From NCBI GenBank assembly GCA_029858565.1, contig JAOUEV010000082.1, forward strand, positions 1 to 12,499: DNA of 12,499 bases, given 5' to 3'. Made by a program: the position numbers and the translations under genes. This document shows, in pieces, positions 1 through 7,697 of this stretch; positions within the stretch are counted from its first letter, which is position 1; each line of letters opens with the position of its first letter. The stretch is from Nitrospirota bacterium (GTDB taxonomy: Bacteria > Nitrospirota > UBA9217). The notes below the pieces were generated by a model, which did not search any database, had not been told where the DNA came from, and was given only the letters and a program-made list of their open reading frames with translations.

Positions 1-47
1 GGATCGCGGAATAAAGGACTTATCGGAAATTACGAAAGGAGGAATAT

Positions 48-1313
48 ATGAAGAACGAACTGAACATCAAGTGCATCTTGAGCAAGGATGCGCTGCCTGC
101 GGGCAGTGCTGAACAGGCGGTCTACGCGCTCGTGAACATCAAGCCGGCAGGAGAGGCATGCCTCACTTCGATGCCCGCGAATTTCGGACTGGTGCTCGAC
201 CGGAGCGGGTCCATGGACGGGGAAAAGATGGACCACCTGAAAGAAGCCGTGGGCTACGTAATGGACCACTTGAACGATGACGACCTTGTCTCGATCACGA
301 TTTTCGACGACCAGGTGGAAACGCTCATTCCCAGCCAGGCCGCCAGGAACCGCGAAGAGATCAAGTCAAAACTCGGGACGATCATTGCGCGCGGCGGAAC
401 CCAGATCTCCGACGGCCTCAAGGCCGGACTGGAAGAGGTGAAAAAAGGCCTTTCCAAGGAGCGCGTCAACCGCATCCTGCTGCTCACCGACGGCCAAACC
501 TGGGATGACGAACCCGCCTGCACAGAGCTCGCTGACCAGGCCGGCAGCCAGGGCATCGCGATCACGAGCATCGGCATCGGCCAGGACTGGAACGAGAAGC
601 TCCTGCTAGAGCTTTCCGACCGGTCCCGCGGCAACTCGCACTGGATAGAGAACCCCCTGGCGATCCTCGATGCCTTCCAACAGGAGGTCCGGAGCATGCA
701 GTCGGTTGCTGCCACGAACCTGCGGGTAACCGCACGGATGGGCCAGGGCGTCAAGGCGGTCAAGGTATACTCGACCGTCCCGATGATCTGCGACCGGACC
801 ATCGCGGCAGTGAACAGCGGCAATATCGTCGCGAACCTGGGCGCACTGGACGGCATAAAGGGCCAGTCGCTGCTGATCGAAGCCCGGGTACAGCCCGCTC
901 AGACCGGCACCTTCCGGCTCGGCCAGGTGGAGGTCACCTATGATGTTCCTTCAAAAGCCATTAAAGGGCAGAGCATCAAGACCGATCTCTCCGTGACCTT
1001 CACTGACGACGCGGCTGCCGCTGCAAAGGTGAACGCCGAGGTGATGAACCTTGTTGAAAAAGTGAGCGCGTTCAAGCTCCAGACCCGGGCGCTTACCGAG
1101 GTCATGACCGGCAACATCGACGGGGCCACGAAAAAACTCCAGTCAGCGGCCACGGTGCTCCTGGACCTGGGCGAGGACGAACTGGCCGCAGCAGCGGAAA
1201 CGGAGATCCGGTCGCTCAAAAAGACCGGTGCCCTCACGACCGCGGGCGCCAAGAAGCTGGAATACGGCACGAGAAAGCTGACGCAGCAAATGACAAAAGC
1301 CATGGTCAAATAG
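48..1313 (+). CDS. von Willebrand factor type A (vWA) domain protein, YfbK/Ca-activated chloride channel homolog-like
   Basis: 421-aa ORF with AAGGAGG RBS upstream. Complete MIDAS motif: LVLDRSGSM (DxSxS), GGT, LLTDG. Helical C-terminal region. Confidence 0.92.
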   Translation: MKNELNIKCILSKDALPAGSAEQAVYALVNIKPAGEACLTSMPANFGLVLDRSGSMDGEKMDHLKEAVGYVMDHLNDDDLVSITIFDDQVETLIPSQAARNREEIKSKLGTIIARGGTQISDGLKAGLEEVKKGLSKERVNRILLLTDGQTWDDEPACTELADQAGSQGIAITSIGIGQDWNEKLLLELSDRSRGNSHWIENPLAILDAFQQEVRSMQSVAATNLRVTARMGQGVKAVKVYSTVPMICDRTIAAVNSGNIVANLGALDGIKGQSLLIEARVQPAQTGTFRLGQVEVTYDVPSKAIKGQSIKTDLSVTFTDDAAAAAKVNAEVMNLVEKVSAFKLQTRALTEVMTGNIDGATKKLQSAATVLLDLGEDELAAAAETEIRSLKKTGALTTAGAKKLEYGTRKLTQQMTKAMVK

Positions 1314-1350
1314 AAATTATCCGTGAAGCGCGCGATATCCGGAGATTTTC

Positions 1351-1382
1351 ATTCCGCACTCCGCATTCCGCACTTCGCACTT
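1351..1382 (+). repeat. Heptamer short tandem repeat, A(T/C)T(C/T)CGC x4.5
   Basis: ATTCCGC ACTCCGC ATTCCGC ACTTCGC ACTT in the spacer between the vWA and FHA genes. Confidence 0.85.
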
Positions 1383-1401
1383 GAAAAGGGAGGGTATCGC
1401 C

Positions 1402-1845
1402 ATGAAATGCAAAGAATGTGAGATGGAGAACATCGAAGGAGCGCTCTTTTGCGAGGAGTGCGGATCAAAGCTTGAGGCCGCGAGCGACATGAAGGACAGG
1501 GCAGTGGAATCGTCGGGCAGCGGACCGGCGCTGGTGTTCACCTCCGCTGACGGCGAAACGCTCGAGATCCCGGCCAAGGACGAGGTGGTCATCGGCAGGG
1601 AGGATCCCATCAGCGAGGTCTTCCCGGACATCGACCTGACCGGGCTCGGCGGAATGGAAAAAGGCGTATCGCGCACCCACGCGGTGATCCACCGCTCCGG
1701 CGGGGACTGCACGGTCGAGGACATGGGCTCCACCAACGGCACCTATGTCAACAAGAAGCGCGTCCAGCCCCATGTGCCGCAGGCGATAAAACCGGGCGAC
1801 GAAGTGCGCTTCGGCAAGCTGGCGCTGGCGCTGAAAGCAGCATGA
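1402..1845 (+). CDS. Zinc-ribbon + FHA domain protein (147 aa)
   Basis: ATG at 1402 after GGGAGG RBS. N-terminal CKEC...FCEECG Zn ribbon. Canonical FHA motifs IGR, VSRTHA, DMGSTNGTYVN. Confidence 0.92.
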   Translation: MKCKECEMENIEGALFCEECGSKLEAASDMKDRAVESSGSGPALVFTSADGETLEIPAKDEVVIGREDPISEVFPDIDLTGLGGMEKGVSRTHAVIHRSGGDCTVEDMGSTNGTYVNKKRVQPHVPQAIKPGDEVRFGKLALALKAA

Positions 1846-1852
1846 TGAAACG

Positions 1853-1953
1853 GACACGGCGACACGGTGACACGGAGACGCGGAGAAAAGGCTTAAATAC
1901 AATCAAAACCCTTGCTCCATCCCCGCGTCCCCCCTTCCCCGCGTCTCCGCGTC
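1853..1953. repeat. Inverted pair of octamer tandem arrays, (GACRCGGN)x4 ... (YCCGCGTC-like)x4
   Basis: GACACGGC GACACGGT GACACGGA GACGCGGA at 1853-1884. Complementary units CCCGCGTC CCCCCTTC CCCGCGTC TCCGCGTC at 1922-1953, ending at the next RBS. Confidence 0.8.
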
Positions 1954-1965
1954 AAGGAGGAATTC

Positions 1966-4215
1966 ATGGACCGTCTCACTTATAAGACCCTTCTCTACGG
2001 CGCAGCAGGCGGCCTTGGCGGTATTGCCGCCTGGGCGCCGGTCCTGGCCCTGTCCCAGGGCATGCGTACGGGACTCCTGACCGAGATCAGCCTCGGAGCC
2101 CTGACCGGCATGTTCATCGGCGGATTCATCTGGAGCCACGAGGCGGTCATGTCCAGGCAATTCCTGACTGCGCTCAAGCGGGCGGCCTTCGGCGCCCTTG
2201 CCGGAATCGTTGGCGGAGCGCTCGGCGCAGGCATGGGGACAACGGCATTCTCCGCGCTCGGACGCTATGTGGCGGACCTCAGCGGTTTCCGCGCTTCCCT
2301 GGGCATTGCCCTGTCCGTGGCCCTGGGCTGGGCGGTCCTCGGAGCAGCCATCGGCATGAGCGGCGGGGTAATGATCCGGTCCCGCGAGCGCGCAGGCTAC
2401 GGCCTTGCCGGCGGTCTTGTCGGCGGATTCTTCGGCGGCATCCTGTTCAACAGTCTTTCGGCGACCAATGTCTGGTCGGCCCTGGCCGGACTTTCGCTTC
2501 TGGGTCTTGCGATCGGCGCATTCATCAGCCTTGTGGAAGAGGCTTTTGTGTCGGCAAAGCTGAAAGTGATCAAAGGCCGGCACCTGAACAGGGAATTCCC
2601 GCTTCTGAAGGAAATGAACGTGGTGGGCCGCGACGACCGGGCTGATGTGTGCTTGTCCGGCGCCGAAGGCGTGCTGCTTGAGCATGCGTCCATTCTGCGC
2701 GACAACGGGCGTTTCACGATCGAGACCAATGAAACAGGCAAGCCTGTGTATGTGAATGAAGCCATGACCACAAAGAAACGTCTTGATGACGGCGATGTGA
2801 TCCGCGTGGGAAGCATCCTGCTGCTGTTCACCGCGATCAGGAAGACCGCGGCGCTCGCGGCGATACTTATGCTCGTCGGCTTGTCCCTGGCGTTGCCGGG
2901 GACCGTTCTTTCCGCCGACCCTGCTTCGCTCCAGATCACCCAGTTCGATCTGAGCGGCTTTCCGGTGGTGAAGGCCTATGTATCGGCGCTTGACAAGGAA
3001 GGAAAACCGGTGCACGGCCTGACCAGGGAGAGCATGACGCTCAAGGAGAACGGCAAGACCGTTGTGATCGACTTGCTGCAAATGAACGGGACCAACGGTG
3101 AAGCCGAACCCCTGAGCCTCGGCATTGTTGTCGACCAAAGCGAATCCATGACCGGCGACAAGCTTTTGCATGCCAAGGAAGCGGTCATTCGTTTCCTTGG
3201 GCTCATGGAAAAGGATGACAAGGCATCGCTCGTCCTGTTCAGCGACAAGGTGACGACCCTCTCCGGCCTGAGCAATGATCAGGAAGCGCTTGTAAAGAAC
3301 GTGCAGGCCATCGAAGCACAGGGCCACACCGCGCTCTACGACGCGGTCGCCGCGGGCGTTGCCTCGGTCCGGGGCACGACAGGCAGACGCGCTGTGATCG
3401 TGCTGACCGACGGCATTGCCAACCGCGGAGCGCTTGATATCGACCAGGCGATCGAAGCGGCTGTCGCGGAATACGTCTCGGTCTACGTGATCGGCCTGGG
3501 CAATGATGTGCGCACGGCGCGGCTGGAACGGATCGCGTCGGAGACCGGCGGTTCCTATTTCTTCACGCCGTCGTCTGAAGGCCTTTCCGCGATCTACGAG
3601 ACCATCAGCAAAAGGATCCACAACGAATATACGGCGACCTTCACCGCGGAAAAGCGCGGCGATTATCTCCGGAAGATCTCGCTGAGCCTCGCAGCCGGGC
3701 TGTCGGCTGAGCGCGCCTATTTCCAGCCTGAATCCTCGCTCTTCGGCGCCGGCGGCATGGCGCCGTCCCGGGCTTTCGCAGCGACCCTCGCGGCGCTCGT
3801 CTGCCTCCTTGCCCTCTCCCTGCGCAGGATCGAGCAACAGTACAAGACCGCCCATCTGACGCTGGTACGCGGAGCGGGAACGAAAACGAACATCCCTGTC
3901 GGAGCAACAGCGTCCATCGGCAGAGACGGACGCAGCACCCTCGGGCTGAAAGACAGCGGCATCGACCAGCAGCATGCCCGGGTCAAGAAAAGCGCCACGG
4001 GCTACGTCATCGAGGACAAGGGCTCGGCACAGGGAACCTATGTGAACAAGACCCGCGTCCTGGGAACAAAGACGCTCAAGGACGGCGATGTCATCACCAT
4101 GGGCAACGCCACCATCGTATTCAACGAAGGAACCACGAAGATCTGCGCGGAATGCGGAGAACCGGTTCGTATGGCCGCCAAGTTCTGCGCAAAGTGCGGA
4201 GCGAAAGCTGCGTAA
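1966..4215 (+). CDS. Multi-pass membrane protein: TM bundle - FHA - TM - vWA - TM - FHA - Zn ribbon (749 aa)
   Basis: ATG at 1966 after AAGGAGG. Gly/Ala-rich hydrophobic N-terminal helices, FHA-like VVGR...H...VYVN, hydrophobic helix, vWA MIDAS (DQSESM, GHT, VLTDG), second hydrophobic helix, FHA-like IGR...QHA...GTYVN, terminal CAECG...FCAKCG. Confidence 0.9.
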   Translation: MDRLTYKTLLYGAAGGLGGIAAWAPVLALSQGMRTGLLTEISLGALTGMFIGGFIWSHEAVMSRQFLTALKRAAFGALAGIVGGALGAGMGTTAFSALGRYVADLSGFRASLGIALSVALGWAVLGAAIGMSGGVMIRSRERAGYGLAGGLVGGFFGGILFNSLSATNVWSALAGLSLLGLAIGAFISLVEEAFVSAKLKVIKGRHLNREFPLLKEMNVVGRDDRADVCLSGAEGVLLEHASILRDNGRFTIETNETGKPVYVNEAMTTKKRLDDGDVIRVGSILLLFTAIRKTAALAAILMLVGLSLALPGTVLSADPASLQITQFDLSGFPVVKAYVSALDKEGKPVHGLTRESMTLKENGKTVVIDLLQMNGTNGEAEPLSLGIVVDQSESMTGDKLLHAKEAVIRFLGLMEKDDKASLVLFSDKVTTLSGLSNDQEALVKNVQAIEAQGHTALYDAVAAGVASVRGTTGRRAVIVLTDGIANRGALDIDQAIEAAVAEYVSVYVIGLGNDVRTARLERIASETGGSYFFTPSSEGLSAIYETISKRIHNEYTATFTAEKRGDYLRKISLSLAAGLSAERAYFQPESSLFGAGGMAPSRAFAATLAALVCLLALSLRRIEQQYKTAHLTLVRGAGTKTNIPVGATASIGRDGRSTLGLKDSGIDQQHARVKKSATGYVIEDKGSAQGTYVNKTRVLGTKTLKDGDVITMGNATIVFNEGTTKICAECGEPVRMAAKFCAKCGAKAA

Positions 4216-4223
4216 CTACAACC

Positions 4224-5408
4224 ATGACAAAACTTCTCAATAATAGATATGAAATACGCGGCATCCTCGGAAGGGGCGGCATGGGATGCGTGTACAAGGT
4301 CGCTGACCGAAAAGCGAAGGGCCGCATCCTTGCCGCAAAGGAACTGCGGTCCGACGGTCTGTCCCCGGCCAAGGCCCAGGAAGCCCTTGCCCAGTTCAGG
4401 ACCGAGGCGCGAATCCTGACCAGGCTCGACCACCCGAATCTGCCGAAGGTGCATGATTATTTCAGTGCGAACAACAGGCACTACATCATCATGGACCAGG
4501 TGAAGGGCGCGACCCTGGCATCGATCCTCAGCCGACGCCCCGGTCAGCCGGTGGACGAGCAGATTGCCCTGTCCTGGGCGCTCCAGATCTGCCGAGCCAT
4601 GCAGTTCCTGGCTGTGCAGAAGCCGCCGGTGGTGTTCCGGGATCTCAAACCCGGCAATATCATGATAGACAAGAACAACAAGGTAAAGCTCATCGACTTC
4701 GGCATCGCCCGGTTCTTCAAGGACGAAAAGGAAGGCGACACCTATGTGTACGGCACACCGGGATATGCCGCGCCCGAACAGTACGGCACGGGCCAGACAG
4801 ATATTCGCTCCGACATCTTCTCCCTCGGCGCAACGCTCCACCACTGCCTGACCTGCAGGGACCCGTCCCTCCATCCCCTGGATTTTCCCGACCCGCGCAA
4901 ACTGAATCCCGCGCTGAACAAGGGAACAGCGAAGATCGTGATGAAGGCGCTGGAACAGGACATGCCGCGGCGCTACCAGACCGCGCTGGACATGAAGCAG
5001 GCTGTTCAGTCCGTGCTGATGAACATCGAATCCCTTCCCAAAGGCGTGAACAGCGTGATCCATGCCCAGGCCGGAAAACCCATCACCATCCCCTGGTGGA
5101 AAAGGACCAGCTGGGTGCGCGTGCCCGTTGTGGCGCTCGGGTGCAACGGCACCACAGGAACGCTGTCATCGAGCGACCGCTGGCTCCATCCCAAACCCGG
5201 GGCCTTCAACCCCGGTGCGTCGCAGCTCCTGTTCCGCGTCGACGGCTCGAAGCTCAGGATGGGCAGGGAATACCGTCCGCGCATCACCGTGCACACCGAC
5301 GCGGGCATTCTCCGGCCGCAGCTCCTGATCAAACGGCCCTGGCCGTGGATGTTGATCGATGCGGGATTGATTGCGGCGGCTGTTGCGGGGATATTGATGA
5401 TGAGGTAA
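4224..5408 (+). CDS. Hanks-type Ser/Thr protein kinase with C-terminal membrane anchor (394 aa)
   Basis: Motifs LGRGGMG, AAKE, FRDLKPGN, LIDFG, GTPGYAAPE, SDIFSLG. Hydrophobic C-terminus. ATG at 4224 lies 8 nt after the preceding stop, which fits better than the ORF-track start at 4152. Confidence 0.95.
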   Translation: MTKLLNNRYEIRGILGRGGMGCVYKVADRKAKGRILAAKELRSDGLSPAKAQEALAQFRTEARILTRLDHPNLPKVHDYFSANNRHYIIMDQVKGATLASILSRRPGQPVDEQIALSWALQICRAMQFLAVQKPPVVFRDLKPGNIMIDKNNKVKLIDFGIARFFKDEKEGDTYVYGTPGYAAPEQYGTGQTDIRSDIFSLGATLHHCLTCRDPSLHPLDFPDPRKLNPALNKGTAKIVMKALEQDMPRRYQTALDMKQAVQSVLMNIESLPKGVNSVIHAQAGKPITIPWWKRTSWVRVPVVALGCNGTTGTLSSSDRWLHPKPGAFNPGASQLLFRVDGSKLRMGREYRPRITVHTDAGILRPQLLIKRPWPWMLIDAGLIAAAVAGILMMR

Positions 5409-5499
5409 GGGGGAGATTGTAGCTGCACTGATGATTACACCTACAAGTGTGCAATTGCAGTATGGCGAGCCAATTGTCAATTACAGATTGAAACATACA

Positions 5500-5558
5500 C
5501 ATGAACGCGCCGCTGACTCGCCGCTTTTGGCGAATCGATGTCGAGCGGCTGGTTGGTC
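5500..5558 (-). mobile_element. Integron attC site (59-base element), essentially intact
   Basis: Minus strand: GACCAAC(R'')-CAGCC-GCTCGAC(L'')-ATCGATTCGCCAAAAGCGGCGA-GTCAGC(L')-GGCGC-GTTCATG(R'). AAC/GTT triplets, 5-nt spacers, one extra C in L'' (extrahelical G on the bottom strand), terminal stem-loop, 2 nt after a stop codon. Confidence 0.9.
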
Positions 5559-5560
5559 TA

Positions 5561-7402
5561 TCATGAAGCGATTGATTTCAATTGCGTGTCAATAGAAGAT
5601 ATGAATTCTTCAAGTGATTTCAGAAGAACTTCAATTTCTGCCAATCTGAGAACGTGAAATTTGCCAGACTTTGTCCGGCCGTTTCGATGAACAAGGTCAT
5701 GTCGAATAGCAATGCCACGATGTATAAGCTCTATATCTTCTGGAAATTTAATTTGGAGCACATTGTCGTATAGATTCTCAACACGAGCTAAATTATGCCA
5801 AACAAGATCGAGAAGATACTCGCTTACTTTCTTGTTGATTTGGTTTTTCCAATCGAGGATGTCGGTGATGGCATACTTCCGTTCTTTAAATTCCGGGACA
5901 GTCTTCAATAGCCGTTCTATGAGTGCATCGCTGTTAGTTACTTTGTGGAAGAAAGCATCACATAAGTAAGTTTCCATAGCCGTTATTGCGGCCGCATATA
6001 TCATTCTGAGTAGAGGCTGCCTAAGCTGAGCACGGCTCGGTAATTTCTGTGATAGTAGACCGCGGATAATCGATACCTCTTTTGTAAAAGTCTTTAAGAA
6101 ATCAGAGTTAGCCTGAGCTGATTCATACAAAGCTTCGTACAATCGTCTTAGTCGATTTTCACTTTCGCATAATGGACAGCCAGATTGAAGAATTGTTCGA
6201 TTCTTTACTTGTGCGAGCCATTCATGCTCGGGATTAAAACTGCATCGCCACCAGATTTTTCGACCACTTGCACGAGTTACCTCATTCGGCGTCAGTGAAG
6301 CGTTCTTTGTCGGATGCCATTCTTTGGCAATTAAAGGATAGTGGAGAGCAAGGCTATTCTTTTCTGTTGCGGCACGTCCCGAACAATGAGGGCATGCCTT
6401 CATTTCGCCTCTGCTGTGCGTTCTTTGAGTTATCGTTGATTGCCACTCATAACTTGGGTCTTTTGAACAACGCCACCATACTCGTTTCGAGCTACCCGAT
6501 GTGAAGTCGGAAGGTTTAAGTTCGCCGTTCTTTGTCGGATGCCACTCTTTAGCAAGCTCAGGGAATTTATCGGCAAAACTAGGGCTTTTGCTACAGATTG
6601 GGCAGCCTCTCCCTTTTTTCCTGGTTCGCGGTGTTGCCGCCCATATATGGGATTTATTTTGAGGGCAAATCCACCAAACCTTACGAGAAGATCCGCCGGT
6701 AAGTTGTTCAGGCAGTAATGGAAAGTTCTTTGTTGTATGCCATTGAACAGCTATGTCGGGCATGGAAATTGGTAATGGCTTCTTATCTCGTGTAAGGCAC
6801 TTTGGACATCCGGATAAATCTTTTGCCCGTGTTACAATACGTGCTTGCCAACTGTGGCCTTCTTTGCATTGCCACCAAACTGCCTTGTTCATTCCACGTG
6901 AAACATCCGTTACTAAAAGAGGCAAATTCTTTTTAGGGTGCCACTCTGCTGCAAGTTCAGGATTGGTATATTTTAGTGAACTTTCGTTAAGACGGCATTT
7001 CGGACAAATAGAGGTATCTCTGGTTCGATGGGCAATAAGGGTGTTCCATTCATGTCCCGAACTGCATTTCCACCAAGCTCTCTTATTGCTAAACGGACCT
7101 ACCGCCTCTGGTCGCAGTGCACCGTTCTTTGTTGGATGCCATTCTGCCGCCACGCTAGGATACAACGTTGCCAACGAGCGTTCAGGCGAAATAAATCGAC
7201 CTGAGCAATAAGGACAGCCGCTCTTATTTATGGATCGATTTCTTATGCGTCCTTTCCATTTGTGGTTAGGATTATTTTTGCACTGCCACCAAACACGTCG
7301 ATTCGAATTGGCTAAAGCGTCTTCAAACCGGAAAACTCCATTTTCGGTTGAACACCATTCTTCTTTTAGTTCTGGATTCGTTACACTGAGAAGTATCTTC
7401 AT
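5561..7402 (-). CDS. Six tandem DUF4379-like zinc-ribbon repeats fused to a C-terminal HEPN domain (putative RNase)
   Basis: Six repeats of P-x-(L/I/V)-x2-(E/Q)W..KN..S..VWW.C...H.W......R.....CP.C. Helical C-terminus with AITAMETYL and RHDLVH (Rx4H HEPN motif, 5687-5704). Start is ATG 7402 or TTG 7420. Confidence 0.85.
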   Translation of the reverse strand: MKILLSVTNPELKEEWCSTENGVFRFEDALANSNRRVWWQCKNNPNHKWKGRIRNRSINKSGCPYCSGRFISPERSLATLYPSVAAEWHPTKNGALRPEAVGPFSNKRAWWKCSSGHEWNTLIAHRTRDTSICPKCRLNESSLKYTNPELAAEWHPKKNLPLLVTDVSRGMNKAVWWQCKEGHSWQARIVTRAKDLSGCPKCLTRDKKPLPISMPDIAVQWHTTKNFPLLPEQLTGGSSRKVWWICPQNKSHIWAATPRTRKKGRGCPICSKSPSFADKFPELAKEWHPTKNGELKPSDFTSGSSKRVWWRCSKDPSYEWQSTITQRTHSRGEMKACPHCSGRAATEKNSLALHYPLIAKEWHPTKNASLTPNEVTRASGRKIWWRCSFNPEHEWLAQVKNRTILQSGCPLCESENRLRRLYEALYESAQANSDFLKTFTKEVSIIRGLLSQKLPSRAQLRQPLLRMIYAAAITAMETYLCDAFFHKVTNSDALIERLLKTVPEFKERKYAITDILDWKNQINKKVSEYLLDLVWHNLARVENLYDNVLQIKFPEDIELIHRGIAIRHDLVHRNGRTKSGKFHVLRLAEIEVLLKSLEEFISSIDTQLKSIAS

Positions 7403-7420
7403 CTTATTACTCGCGCTCAA

Positions 7421-7639
7421 TTAGACTTTGTCAGTTTTACGAACGCCGCAAATAACGCACGTACCGACGCCACGAGAAAAATTGCCGTGTTCACCTTCAC
7501 AGAAACCGCGATGGCATTTATAGCAATAACGCGCCGTTTCCCGTCGTCGGCGAAAAACCTCAGTGCATATCCAGCAATCAGCCCATTTCCCAGCCTCTAT
7601 AAGTTCCTTAGCGCTTTTTATCGCCACCTTTTTTGCCAT
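7421..7639 (-). CDS. Small Cys-rich putative double zinc-finger protein (72 aa)
   Basis: ATG at 7639 with GGAGG RBS just after an attC remnant. Pattern CxxC-x13-CxxC-x4-CxxxH-x9-CxxC. Confidence 0.75.
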   Translation of the reverse strand: MAKKVAIKSAKELIEAGKWADCWICTEVFRRRRETARYCYKCHRGFCEGEHGNFSRGVGTCVICGVRKTDKV

Positions 7640-7651
7640 CTTTTCCCTCCG

Positions 7652-7683
7652 TACTAACACGGCGCTGTAGCGTCAGGTTGGAA
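7652..7683 (-). mobile_element. Internally deleted attC remnant (32 bp)
   Basis: Minus strand: TTCCAAC-CTGAC-GCTACAGC-GCCGT-GTTAGTA. Both R boxes and both 5-nt spacers are kept, the L boxes are fused and the central stem-loop is missing. Lies between a stop codon and the next RBS. Confidence 0.7.
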
Positions 7684-7697
7684 TCACATATTAATAA

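Noticed and set aside
1903-3975. 690-aa minus-strand ORF, plus other antisense ORFs over 30-5480
   Set aside because: Shadow frames of GC-rich genes with clear domain motifs on the plus strand. No recognisable motifs of their own.
6150-7400. Recurrent DNA repeats (GTTCTTTGTCGGATGCCA etc.) as a possible CRISPR array
   Set aside because: They are the coding signature of the EWHPTKN protein repeats, about 200 bp apart and degenerate at synonymous positions.
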